A DNA stretch of 64,000 bases from an uncultured Planctomycetota bacterium (GTDB taxonomy: Bacteria > Planctomycetota > Planctomycetia > Isosphaerales > Isosphaeraceae). Location of the stretch: positions 2,592,001-2,656,000 of the forward strand of contig CAVTTN010000002.1 in the NCBI GenBank assembly GCA_963737655.1, written 5' to 3'. This document shows, piece by piece, positions 29,334 to 40,600 of this stretch. The stretch's first letter is position 1. Each line of letters starts with the position of its first letter. The position numbers were made by a program, and so were the translations under genes. The notes under the pieces were generated by a model. It ran no database searches and was not told the origin of the DNA. It saw only the letters and a list, made by a program, of their open reading frames with translations.

Positions 29334-31857
29334 ATGACGACCGAAGGCCCCCTGCTCGCCAAGTCCCCCCCGAAGGGCGGCGGCCCGCCCCCCCACGAGA
29401 TCACCCTGATCGGCCATACGGAATGCGTCCTCCACGCCGTCGATGCGATCTTCGGCGAGAGGGGCCGTCCGACGCCGCTGGCCCGGTCCTGGCTCCGCTT
29501 CTTCGGGATCGCCGAGGACCAATTCGATCGATTCCGCCGCCACCTCCGGGTCTCCGCCGCGGCCCATGATTGGGGGAAGGCGAACGACGGCTTTGGCGCG
29601 ATGATCCGCAAGGAAGGGCAGCAGTCCGTCCGCCACGAGCACCTGAGCGGCTACCTCCTGGCCGACCTGCTCGCCGACCCCGGCGTCTCCGCCTGGCTGG
29701 AGGGCGCCGGGATCGATGGCCGGATCGTCCTCGCGGCGGTCCTCGGGCACCACGCGAAGGCGGCGAAGGCGGGGCGCGACCACGAGGTCGGCCAGTGGTC
29801 CGGCATCGCCGACTCGTTCCGGGTCCGCTCCGATCACACCGACTTCGACGCGATCTGGCGGCTGATCCAGGACGAGGTGGGGACTTCGGCGCCGGCGGGC
29901 CCGACGTTCCCGGGACGCCTGAAGCAGGCGCCCGCCTTCGAGCGGTTCAAGAGGCTCCACGCGACGCTCGGGGCCGAGCAGAAGCGCCTCCGAGAGAATC
30001 CCCAGGCCATGCGCTGGGTCGCGGCCGTCCGCGCCGGCCTGATCGCGGCCGATTCGGTCGGCTCGGCGTCCGTCCGCATGGAGGACCACGAGAAGGACCC
30101 GGGCCGGAGGATCGGCCGGTTCGTCGGCGAGTGCTTCGCGAAGGCCCTGACCGCCGAGGAGGTCTGGGGCAAGGTCGTCGTTGAGCGGGTAGGGAGCCTC
30201 AGGGCGAACCGGCGGTGGGACGACTCGAAGGGCGAGCGGGTCCGCCGCCTCGCCGGGTTCCACAAGTTCCAGGCGGGGATCGCGGTCCAGGGCCCTCGCG
30301 TCCTGATGACGGCGGCCTGCGGCTCGGGCAAGACGCTGGCGGCCTGGGTCTGGATTGTCGAGCAGTTGGAGAGGCGCGAGAGAAGGGATTCGCACGTCTC
30401 GCGTCCTCTTCCTCTACCCGACGCGGGCCACGGCCACCGAGGGCTTCCGCGACTACGTCTCGTGGGCGCCCGAGGACGACGCCGGCCTCCTCAGCGGGAC
30501 CGCCGCCTACGAACTGAAGGACATCTTCGGCACGCCCGACGACTCCGCCTCGAAAGACCCCCGGCGCGGCCGGAACTACCAATCGGAGTCGCGGCTCTTC
30601 GCCCTCGGCCACTGGAAGAAGCGGATCTTCTCGGCGACGGCCGACCAGTTCTTCCCGTTCCTCCAGTTCGAATACGGGCCGCTCTGCCTCCTGCCGCTGC
30701 TGGCCGAGTCGATCGTCGTCGTCGACGAGGTCCACTCGTTCGACCGCTCGATGTTCTCCACCCTCAGGCGGTTCCTCCGCGAGTTCCCCGCCGTCCCGGT
30801 CCTCTGCATGACGGCCACGCTCTCGAAGATCCGGAGGGGCGAGCTCCTCGACCCGGCCATCGGCGGCCTGACCGCCTACCCCAGGGAGATGCCGATCGAC
30901 CTCGAAGAGGACGCCACCCACCCCCGCTATCGCGTCGAGTGGATCGACCGCGAGGGGGCGGGACCCCTCGCCCGCGACGAGCTCGCCGCCGGCCGCCGCG
31001 TCCTCTGGGTCTCCAACCGCGTGGCCGACTGCCAGGACGCCTACGAGGCCGCCCGCGACCCCGACGAGGTCCATTCCGATTCGGATTCGATCCGGCGATT
31101 CTGCTACCACAGCCGCTACAGGCTCAAGGACCGCAAGGACCGTCATCGCGAGCTGGTCGAAGCGTTCCAGGACTCGGCCCGGGGAACGGCGGAAGGGCCG
31201 GGAGTCTTCGGCTCGACGACGCAGGTTTGCGAGATGTCCTTGGATTTGGATGCCCAAGTCCTGATCACGTCTCTCGCCCCGATCGCCTCCCTGATTCAAC
31301 GAATGGGAAGGTGTAATCGTGATTCTAAGAGGATGAAATCGGAGGGGCTCATCGGCCGGGTCTACGTGATCCGGCCCGAGCCCGGGAAGGAACTCCCTTA
31401 CGAAAAAGAGGAGCTGGAGGCGGCCGAGCGGTTCGTGGACGCGATCGTCGGCCTGCGGGGTCCCGAACAGGCGATTTCGCAGCAGAAGTTGGAGGACCTC
31501 TACCGCAAATTCGATCCCAGCCAGGAGGAACCCGAGTTGCTGAGCCCCTTCCTCGACTCCGGACCCTACGCCGCCGCGAAGGAGGCGTCGTTCCGCGACA
31601 TCGAGGCGCATACCGTCCCGTGCCTCCTGGACGACGACCTGAAGCACAAGGTCATCCCCATCCTCCAGGCCCATGACCCGGCCGAGCGGATCATCGACGG
31701 CTTCGTCGTGCCGGTCCCGAGGCGATTCGCGACCGAGCCGAAGCCCGAGGCAACCTGGTTCCCTCGCTGGCTCTCCGTGGCGAGGATGTCGGCCTACGAC
31801 GAGGCGATCGGCTTCGACGAACGGAAGATCGCCCCGGGCGGCGGGGGTGACGCATGA
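29334..31857 (+). CDS. cas3: Cas3 HD nuclease-helicase (frameshift ~30400)
   Basis: HDWGKAN, RHEHLS, HH, AACGSGKT, LYPTRATATEG, DEVH, TTQVCEMSLDLD, QRMGRCNR. Confidence 0.92.
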
Positions 31858-33767
31858 GCAAGGCCAAGGGCAAGGCACCGGCCGTCGAGTCGATCTCCCT
31901 GACCTTCGACCTCCACGACCTCCCCACCGCCCAGCACCGCGCGGGCCTGGCGGGCCTGATCTTCCAGGTCGATGCGATGGTTGCGTCGAAACGGCCCGGG
32001 GCGAGGACGCCGAAGCTCGGGCCGGTCACCGCGACCTCGGCGACCATCACATTCACGCCCGAGTCGATGAGTGGCGTCTTCGACGAGCTGTACGCGGCGA
32101 AGACCGTCGAGGCGAAGTCGGCGACGAAGTGGCCGGGAGACGCCGTTCTGAAGGAGGAGAAGATCGTCGAGAAACCGAACCCGAAGACGGGGAAGATGGA
32201 GAAGCACAAGGTCTTCATCTACGACGTCGTCCAGCCCCAGGCCCCGGCGCTGGCGGCCCACCTCGGCGACGGCCGCGAGGGGTGGCTCGACCTGTGGAGG
32301 CAGATGATCTGGGCGATCCCCCGGGGCGGCAACAACGTCCGGTCGCGGGCCCCGTTCCTGGAGTTCGCCGAGCGAGGGACGTGCGGCGAAGGGGCGGCGA
32401 CGTGGGAATCGCTCCGGAAATCCGACCCGGCGTCGCCTCGCATCGAGCCGATCTCCGGCGCCCTGATGCTCGGGGCCCAGGCGGTCAACGCCGAAGGGGT
32501 CCCCTTCGCGGGACGGGTCGATCAGAACCTCCTGCTCCACTTCTGGCAGGTGGTCGTCCATACGTTCGTCCCCCAGGTCGTCAGCAAGAAAGACGGCACG
32601 GTCGAGCGGGCCGGCTACTCGCTGGCCATCCCCGACGTGGCCGACCTCCTGGAATTCCGCGCCGAATTCCCCGAGATCCTCCAGTCGCTCGCCGCGGACA
32701 CCCCCGGCCACACGCCGTCGAAGGCCCGGCTCGACCTCCCTCAGCAAGCGGGCCTGGAGGTCCTCCGAATGGCCCGACGCCGGGCGATGGCCGCCGCCAG
32801 GGCCGGAGTGCCGGGCGGGACTCCCGAGGCGGTGGAGTCGGCGGCCATCGCCTCGGCCGACCTGCACGAGGCGCGGCGCCTCGCCGGCCGACACGCGGGG
32901 CCTTCGCCCGGTCGGAAGGCGGCGCGGCGGCTTCTCTCCGAAGGGGCCGTCGGCCTCTGGACCCAGAGCGTCCGCGCCGTCGAGACGTATCACATGCTCA
33001 AGCTCGGGAACAACGTGAAGCTCCTCGCGTTCGCTCGGGTCGCCGATCGCGCGGGCCTCGTCGATAAGTACGAGGGCATCGTCGAGAACTTCAAGAACCC
33101 GCTGTTCCGGGCCGCCCGCTGCCGGGCCCTGATCGAGGATCGCCCCTGGCATTGGGGGATGTCCGAGCTGTTCGCCGAGTACCCGCACCCGTTCTTCCTC
33201 GAAGGGGACGAGACGCCGAAGTACCTGCCCGGCTTCGGCCGCGACGTCGGCCGACTCTTCGGGGCCTATGAGAAGGAGATCCGCGACGTGAAGCCGGCCG
33301 AGATGGACAGCGACGAGCGGCTCAAGCGGCTCGGCACCATCATCCGCAACATGATGGTCAGCTACGTCAACCGCAAGGCGGCGAAGAAGCTCGGCCTCGA
33401 CTACGACGACTTCAGGGTCGAGGTGGTCGACGGCCGGAAGCGGAAGGTCGCGCCCGACCCCGAGAAGTTCCGCGAGAAACAGAGGCTCGTCTGCGACGAC
33501 GCCTTCCTCCAGATCCGGTCCCGCCACGACGAGGCCTTCCGCGACTTCTTCACCGACTCGATCCTCTCGGTCCCCCACTACTTCGACGCGAAGGCCGGGG
33601 ACCTCCCGTTCCTCATCCCGATCCTGATGACGCCCCCGGCCCGCGACCCCGTCGGCAACGCCCCCCTGAGCCGGGACGACATCCGGACCCTCGCGATGCT
33701 CGCCCTCTCCGCCCATTCGTCCAACGTCCGCAAGCGCGACCCCAGGAACGGAGACAACGCCCAGTGA
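31854..33767 (+). CDS. cas8a1: Type I-MYXAN large subunit Cas8a1/Cmx8
   Basis: LHDLPTAQHRAGLAGL, LGAQAVNAEGVPF, LLLHFWQ, IPDVADL; position between cas3 and cas7. Confidence 0.88.
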   Translation: MSKAKGKAPAVESISLTFDLHDLPTAQHRAGLAGLIFQVDAMVASKRPGARTPKLGPVTATSATITFTPESMSGVFDELYAAKTVEAKSATKWPGDAVLKEEKIVEKPNPKTGKMEKHKVFIYDVVQPQAPALAAHLGDGREGWLDLWRQMIWAIPRGGNNVRSRAPFLEFAERGTCGEGAATWESLRKSDPASPRIEPISGALMLGAQAVNAEGVPFAGRVDQNLLLHFWQVVVHTFVPQVVSKKDGTVERAGYSLAIPDVADLLEFRAEFPEILQSLAADTPGHTPSKARLDLPQQAGLEVLRMARRRAMAAARAGVPGGTPEAVESAAIASADLHEARRLAGRHAGPSPGRKAARRLLSEGAVGLWTQSVRAVETYHMLKLGNNVKLLAFARVADRAGLVDKYEGIVENFKNPLFRAARCRALIEDRPWHWGMSELFAEYPHPFFLEGDETPKYLPGFGRDVGRLFGAYEKEIRDVKPAEMDSDERLKRLGTIIRNMMVSYVNRKAAKKLGLDYDDFRVEVVDGRKRKVAPDPEKFREKQRLVCDDAFLQIRSRHDEAFRDFFTDSILSVPHYFDAKAGDLPFLIPILMTPPARDPVGNAPLSRDDIRTLAMLALSAHSSNVRKRDPRNGDNAQ

Positions 33768-34701
33768 ACCTCTTCGCCACCGTCCTGACCTACCCCGCCC
33801 CCTCGGCCAACTACCGCGGCGAGAGCGAGGAGAACCGCTCGGTGATCCAGAAGATCACCTACGGCCGGTTCGAGTACCCGATCATCTCGCCCGAGGCCAT
33901 GCGCAACGCCCTCCGCGAGACCCTGAGCGCGCTACGGCCTCCCCAGCAACCGCGAGCGGCTCCGCGACGAGGACCAACTCGCCGTCCGGTTCGCCGACTA
34001 CCCCGACCCGTCCCGGTATCGTCGACGACTTCTTCTTCGGCTACCTCGTCGCCGACCGCAAGAAGGTCGGCGAGGCGATGAAGAAGGCGGGCCGAGACAT
34101 CTCGAAGTTCCAGTACAAGCGCGACTCGATCCTCCGGATGAACCTGGCCAGGGGCCTCGAGCCCTACCGGAACAGCGTCGTCTTCACCCAGTCGCCCCTG
34201 ACGAAGACTTCCAAGGACGGGCCGGACTGGCAGAACTCCACCTCGTCGGCCCTCCTCCACCGCGAGACGGCCCTCACCGCCTTCCAGTACCCGCTGGCGC
34301 TGAACCTCGACGACTGCAAGCCGGCCATCCCGACTGGACGAAGGCCCTGCTGAAGGCCGTCGGCGAGCTGAACGACGTCGCCGGCAACCACGCCCGCAGC
34401 TACTTCGAGATGGCCCCGGCGAGCCTCGTCGTCCGCCTGACGAACCAACTGGTCGCCGGCTACGACACCTACGGATTCGACGCGGAGGGGGACTTCCCCG
34501 AGGTGATCGAGGGCATCCTCCGCGATCAGCCCGACTACCCGGGCCGCCGAGTTCTTCATCGCCGGCAAGATCGTCAAGGGGATGGCGGAGGACAGGCGGG
34601 CGAGGCTCGCAGACAAGGGCGTCACGCTCGAACGCGACCCGCGCCTCCTGCTCCAGGCCGTCGGCGACCGGGCCTTCCCGGCGAAGGGGAAGAGGCCATG
34701 A
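33764..34701 (+). CDS. cas7: Cas7/Cst2/DevR (about 4 frameshifts)
   Basis: PSANYRGESEENRSVIQK, SPEAMRNALRE, DDFFFGYL, LLHRE, VAGNHARSYFEMAPASLV across frames. Confidence 0.85.
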
Positions 34702-35446
34702 TCCGGCTCCGCGTGGAGGCCCCCTTCGCCGCCTTCCGGCCGTTTGCCGCGGGCTGGTATCGGCCGACGGCGGCCTTCCTGGCCCACTCGGCCGCCTACG
34801 GCCTGGCGATGAACCTCGCCGGGGTCGAGACCCGGCGCGACGACGGGGTCTCGGACATGACCGTCACCCGGTTCGGCCTGCCCCGGGCCCGGGTCGCCGT
34901 CGGGGCCGACCCGGCCCGGCCCCTGCCGGCGGTGCAGACGGTCTTCCAGCAGCTCCACAACTACCCCGTCGGGGCCTCGGGCAAGGAGAGGAAGGAGGAC
35001 GCGAAGGGGAACAAGTACAACATCACCCCCGTCCGCCGCGAGTTCCTCTCCGACGTCCGCGCCGTCGTCGCCCTCGACTTCCTCGACGACCCCGAGGAGA
35101 TCGAGGCCCGCGTCCTCGAAGGGCTGCGCGGGGACCTCCTCGCTCGGGGACGCGGTACGGCCTGCCCTTCCTCGGCGACAACGCGTTCCTGATCGACCGG
35201 ATCGCGATCGTCGACGAGACGACCCCGGCCCGCTGGTACTGCCGCCCCGACGCCGACGCCGGGGCCGTCGAGGGTTCCACGCGACTGACGACGTGGATCG
35301 ACCGTCGCGACATGTCGAGGACCCGGTCCGACGTCTACGCCCCGGCGCCCGACGCGACCGCCGCCGTGCCCGAATCGGCCTGGGCGTCGATCGACCCCCC
35401 CGCCGATCCGGCGACCCCCGAGCCGAAGGCCCGCAAGAAAGGGTGA
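34698..35446 (+). CDS. cas5: Cas5/DevS (frameshift ~35150)
   Basis: LRVEAPFAAFR, SAAYGL, QQLHNYPVG, KYNITPVRREFL, RYGLPFLGDN. Confidence 0.88.
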
Positions 35447-35454
35447 GATCCGCC

Positions 35455-37107
35455 ATGATCGCGACGGCACAAGACCCGCCCCTGCGGGTCATATCGCTCC
35501 ACGACCTGGGTTATTGCCATCGGCTGTTCTACCTGGCCGAGGTCGAGGGACTCCAGGCCCCCAACGCCGCCATATACGCTGGGAGGGAGCTCCACGCCTC
35601 GCTCGCGGCCGACGAGGACGGCGAGCGGACCCAGTTCGAGCTGGCCGATCCTGCCCTGGGCCTCGTCGGCAAGGTCGATGCCGTCCGCCGCCGTGATGGC
35701 TCGCTCGTTCCGTATGAGCACAAGCGCGGCAAGGCCCGGCGGGCCGACGACCGGACCCCCGAGGCGTGGCCGTCGGACCGCCTCCAGGTCGTCGCCTACG
35801 CCGCCCTGATCGAGTCGGCCACCGGCCAGGCCGTCCCCGAGGGCCGCGTCCGCTACCATGCCGACGGCGTGACCGTCCGCGTCCCCGTCGACGAGGCCGC
35901 CCGTGCCGACCTGGCCGGGGCGATCGCCACCGCCCGACGCCTCCGCGAGTCCACCGAGCGGCCCCCGGTCGCCGAGAACGAACGCCTGTGCGTCCGCTGC
36001 TCGCTCGCCCCGGTCTGCCTGCCCGAGGAGGTCCGCCAGGCCGAGAGGCCCGACCACCAGCCCGTCCGCCTCTACCCGCCCGACCGCGACGGCGCCAGCC
36101 TCCACGTCGTCACGCCCGGCGCGAAGGTCGGCCGCTCGGGCGATACCCTCGTCGTGACTCCCCCCGACGGCGACCCGCCCACGAAGCACGCCATCCGCGA
36201 GGTCGACTCACTCCTGCTCCACGGCTTCGCCCAGGCCACGACCCAGGCGCTGCAGCTCTGCGCCGAGAGGGGCGTGCCGGTCCACTGGGTCTCGGCCTCG
36301 GGCCACCACTCGGCCAGCCTCACGGCGTCGGCCGGGCAGGTCCAGCGGCGGCTCCGCCAGTACCGCGCCCTGGCCGACGAGGCGACCTGCCTCCGCCTGG
36401 CCAGGGCCCTGGCGCTCGGCAAGGTCGAGGGCCAGCACCGCTACCTCCTCCGCGCCTCCCGGGGCGACGAGGCCCTCCGCGAGGCGATGGCCCCGGACCT
36501 CGTCCCGATCCGAAACGCCCTGGCCTCGATCGCCGGGGCCGCCGACCGCGACTCCCTCCGGGGGCTGGAAGGCTCGGCCGCCGTCGGCTACTTCCGCGGC
36601 CTCGCCCGGCTCCTGGCCCCCTCGGTCCCGGAGGACCTCCGCTACTCGACCCGGACCCGCCGCCCCCCTCTGGACCGCTTCAATGCACTCCTGGGGTTCG
36701 GCTATGGCCTTCTGCACACGGCCGTGATGAGGGCCATCCTCGCGTCGGGACTTGAGCCGTCGCTCGGGTTCTTCCACACGCCCCGGAGCGCCGCCTACCC
36801 GCTGGTGCTCGACCTCATGGAGCTGTTCCGCGTGCCCCTCTGGGACATGGTCCAGGTCGGCTCGCTGAACCGGGGGCAGTGGGACCCCGACGCCGACTTC
36901 GTCGCCACGAAGGCCAAGGTCTGGCTCTCCGACGCCGGCCGGAAGAAGGCCATCGGCCTGTTCGAGGCGAGGCTCGACGAGTCGTGGAAGCACCCGGTCG
37001 TCGGCTACTCGCTGTCGTACGCGAGGGCGATCGAGCTGGAGGCGAGGCTCCTGGAGAAGGAGTGGAGCGGAGAGCCGGGCCTGTTCGCCCGGATGCGGCT
37101 CCGCTGA
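35455..37107 (+). CDS. cas1: Cas4-Cas1 fusion
   Basis: YCHRLFYL, GKVD, EHKRG, C..CSL..VCLPEE; Cas1 GLEG, RRPPLDRFNALL, GFFH, DLMELFR. Confidence 0.95.
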   Translation: MIATAQDPPLRVISLHDLGYCHRLFYLAEVEGLQAPNAAIYAGRELHASLAADEDGERTQFELADPALGLVGKVDAVRRRDGSLVPYEHKRGKARRADDRTPEAWPSDRLQVVAYAALIESATGQAVPEGRVRYHADGVTVRVPVDEAARADLAGAIATARRLRESTERPPVAENERLCVRCSLAPVCLPEEVRQAERPDHQPVRLYPPDRDGASLHVVTPGAKVGRSGDTLVVTPPDGDPPTKHAIREVDSLLLHGFAQATTQALQLCAERGVPVHWVSASGHHSASLTASAGQVQRRLRQYRALADEATCLRLARALALGKVEGQHRYLLRASRGDEALREAMAPDLVPIRNALASIAGAADRDSLRGLEGSAAVGYFRGLARLLAPSVPEDLRYSTRTRRPPLDRFNALLGFGYGLLHTAVMRAILASGLEPSLGFFHTPRSAAYPLVLDLMELFRVPLWDMVQVGSLNRGQWDPDADFVATKAKVWLSDAGRKKAIGLFEARLDESWKHPVVGYSLSYARAIELEARLLEKEWSGEPGLFARMRLR

Positions 37108-37129
37108 GGGGCCGAGGGAGGCCGCCGAG

Positions 37130-37429
37130 ATGAACGACGCGAAATGGTGGCTCGTGTCCTACGACGTCCACGACCCGGGCCGCCTGAAGCGATGCGCCGG
37201 GGTGCTGGAGGGCTCGGGCCAGAGGATGCAGCACTCGGTCTTCCGCTGCTGGATGACCCCGGCGCAGATGCACCGGCTGAGGTGGGAGTTGACGGGGGTC
37301 CTGGAACCCGAGGACGAGGTCCTGATCATCCCGCTGTGCCCGAGGTGCGTGGCCGGGATGGAGACGACGCACTCGGCGAAGAACGCCCCCGACTGGCCCG
37401 AGGCCCCGGAGGGCTACCGGATCGTCTGA
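37130..37429 (+). CDS. cas2: Cas2
   Basis: WLVSYDVHDPGRL...RMQHSVFRC...LCPRC. Confidence 0.95.
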   Translation: MNDAKWWLVSYDVHDPGRLKRCAGVLEGSGQRMQHSVFRCWMTPAQMHRLRWELTGVLEPEDEVLIIPLCPRCVAGMETTHSAKNAPDWPEAPEGYRIV

Positions 37430-37691
37430 GGGCCGTCCGGGCCGATCACGTACCGGTGGGCGCGCCGGTGGCGACCCGGCCCCCGGCCCGGTAAGCTACG
37501 GCAGACCCGGCACTTGCGGCTCATTCTCAATGAGGACGATGGATGAACGATCGGAAGAGCAAGGGCAGCCACCGCTTGCGTCCAGCCGAGCGCCCGGGCG
37601 AGCGATCCTCCCGACCCGAGCGTCACCCTCGGGGAGATGCTTGAAAGGCAAGGACCGTTCCCCCATAATCGCAAGGAGTTACGAGCGGGCC
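37430..37691 (+). promoter_or_regulatory. CRISPR leader with sigma70-like promoter TTGAAA-N17-CATAAT (37641-37669)
   Basis: Near-consensus hexamers 22 bp upstream of the first repeat; supports + orientation. Confidence 0.7.
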
Positions 37692-40600
37692 GTGACCCCG
37701 ACGACGAAGCCTTCGGGCTTTGAGCAGCCCTGACCGACCAGTTCGCGGCCGACGTCGCGAAGGTGACCCCGACGACGAAGCCTTCGGGCTTTGAGCAGAT
37801 CGACCCGCTGTCGGCCCGGCTCTGGGACTCGAGTGACCCCGACGACGAAGCCTTCGGGCTTTGAGCAGACATCCTCTGGCAGGGGGCCGCGCTGACGACC
37901 GACCTGTGACCCCGACGACGAAGCCTTCGGGCTTTGAGCAGCATCCGTTCGAATCGGTCTCGGCGGCGGCGTTGCCGGTGACCCCGACGACGAAGCCTTC
38001 GGGCTTTGAGCAGTCCCGACCGTCGCCGAGCTGCTCGGGACCAGCGCGTGACCCCGACGACGAAGCCTTCGGGCTTTGAGCAGCGAAGTCCACCGACAGC
38101 TCCAATTACGATCCCGCCGTGACCCCGACGACGAAGCCTTCGGGCTTTGAGCAGCCGACCTGGCCGCGCTCGACGCGGCGCCCCGGCGCGTGACCCCGAC
38201 GACGAAGCCTTCGGGCTTTGAGCAGAGCTTGCCCACCGGCAGCGTGATCGGCTTGCCGCCGTGACCCCGACGACGAAGCCTTCGGGCTTTGAGCAGATCT
38301 TGTAGGCCAGGCCGGTCGGCTCCTGGGCGGGTGACCCCGACGACGAAGCCTTCGGGCTTTGAGCAGCTCTCGCTACTCTGGATGTCCCGGGCGCGATGGT
38401 GTGACCCCGACGACGAAGCCTTCGGGCTTTGAGCAGCCATGCAGAAGCTGAGGGCCGGCCTCGCCGGCGAGTGACCCCGACGACGAAGCCTTCGGGCTTT
38501 GAGCAGACACGCAAACCGGGACTTCCGTGCTCAGCGGCGACCGTGACCCCGACGACGAAGCCTTCGGGCTTTGAGCAGCCGCCGCCCTGGTGCTCGCCCG
38601 CGCGGCCTGGGAGCTGTGACCCCGACGACGAAGCCTTCGGGCTTTGAGCAGCCATCCTGGAGGCCATCGCGCTGCGGGTATCCCACCGTGACCCCGACGA
38701 CGAAGCCTTCGGGCTTTGAGCAGCGGAAGCCCTGACGCGGCCCGTCCGGCGCTGGGGGTCGTGACCCCGACGACGAAGCCTTCGGGCTTTGAGCAGATCG
38801 AGTCCGAGGTCTGCCCGGCCGCCGACGCCTTCGTGACCCCGACGACGAAGCCTTCGGGCTTTGAGCAGAAGCCTACGCGACGGCCGAGGCGAAGGAGGCC
38901 CGGGTGACCCCGACGACGAAGCCTTCGGGCTTTGAGCAGCCCAGCGAATTGGGGGGCAGCCCGCTGGAGACCTGGTGACCCCGACGACGAAGCCTTCGGG
39001 CTTTGAGCAGCCCTGGCCGCCGACCTCTCGCCTCCAGCTCCGGCGTGACCCCGACGACGAAGCCTTCGGGCTTTGAGCAGTCCTTAAGGCCGGGAGCGAT
39101 CTCAATGAGACCCTGGTGACCCCGACGACGAAGCCTTCGGGCTTTGAGCAGTCGCCCCCTACGCGCTGATCTTCCTCCGGCCGTCCGGTGACCCCGACGA
39201 CGAAGCCTTCGGGCTTTGAGCAGAGTTGCCGTTGTGCGTGATGAGGACCACGCTCGGGTGACCCCGACGACGAAGCCTTCGGGCTTTGAGCAGATCTCGC
39301 CCTCGTCCTCCAGCGCCTGGAGCGACCGTGACCCCGACGACGAAGCCTTCGGGCTTTGAGCAGAACCAGCGGGCCGTCGCCCAGCTCTCGGCCGCCGGCG
39401 TGACCCCGACGACGAAGCCTTCGGGCTTTGAGCAGTCCTCGCGCCGGAGGAAGAGCGCCTCGTCCCGCCTCGTGACCCCGACGACGAAGCCTTCGGGCTT
39501 TGAGCAGCGACGAAGGACGGCCAGGCAGGCGGCGATCGCCCGAGTGACCCCGACGACGAAGCCTTCGGGCTTTGAGCAGATCAGCCGGGCGGTGTGGCCG
39601 ACGGGGCCCTCGGGTGTGACCCCGACGACGAAGCCTTCGGGCTTTGAGCAGAATGCCCGGATCGTCGGCGCGTCGCTGGGCACCGACGGTGACCCCGACG
39701 ACGAAGCCTTCGGGCTTTGAGCAGTGTACGAGCAGGGCCTCGTCCTCCAGAACCTCTGGGTGACCCCGACGACGAAGCCTTCGGGCTTTGAGCAGATGGA
39801 TCGCTCGGTCGGGACCGCCTCGTCCACCGGGGTGACCCCGACGACGAAGCCTTCGGGCTTTGAGCAGCATCCGGCCCGGTGTCCCGCCCGCTGTTCAGGA
39901 GAGTGACCCCGACGACGAAGCCTTCGGGCTTTGAGCAGATCTCGGACGTCCCAACCGGCTGACCCTGGCGACGTGACCCCGACGACGAAGCCTTCGGGCT
40001 TTGAGCAGATCCTCGGCGACGGCTCGGGCGCCACGGCGTTCGCCAGTGACCCCGACGACGAAGCCTTCGGGCTTTGAGCAGCCGTCTGGGTCGGCGTGGC
40101 CCCGGCCCCGGGCACCTCGTGACCCCGACGACGAAGCCTTCGGGCTTTGAGCAGGCCACGATCAGGACGAGGGCCGTGACGTCGCGGGTGTGACCCCGAC
40201 GACGAAGCCTTCGGGCTTTGAGCAGTCTGGGAGGATCGCCTCGACCTCGATCCCCCGAGGGTGACCCCGACGACGAAGCCTTCGGGCTTTGAGCAGCTGA
40301 AGGTGGTGGACGTGACGGCCCCGATCAGGAAGTGACCCCGACGACGAAGCCTTCGGGCTTTGAGCAGCCGGGTACGACGCGATCCCCGAGGCGCTGCAGG
40401 CGTGACCCCGACGACGAAGCCTTCGGGCTTTGAGCAGTCGGCACGGACGGCTCGGAGATCGTCGCGGCCGGGCCGTGACCCCGACGACGAAGCCTTCGGG
40501 CTTTGAGCAGCCGTTCGGCCGATGGACGACCCTCGGGACGCCCTTCGTGACCCCGACGACGAAGCCTTCGGGCTTTGAGCAGATCCTCGTCGGGAACCGG

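Noticed and set aside
37669..37691. Leader shares TCGCAAGG and GAGCGGGCC with the crlRNA spacer region
   Set aside because: 8-9 nt matches outside the seed, in mixed orientation and without a PAM; likely chance
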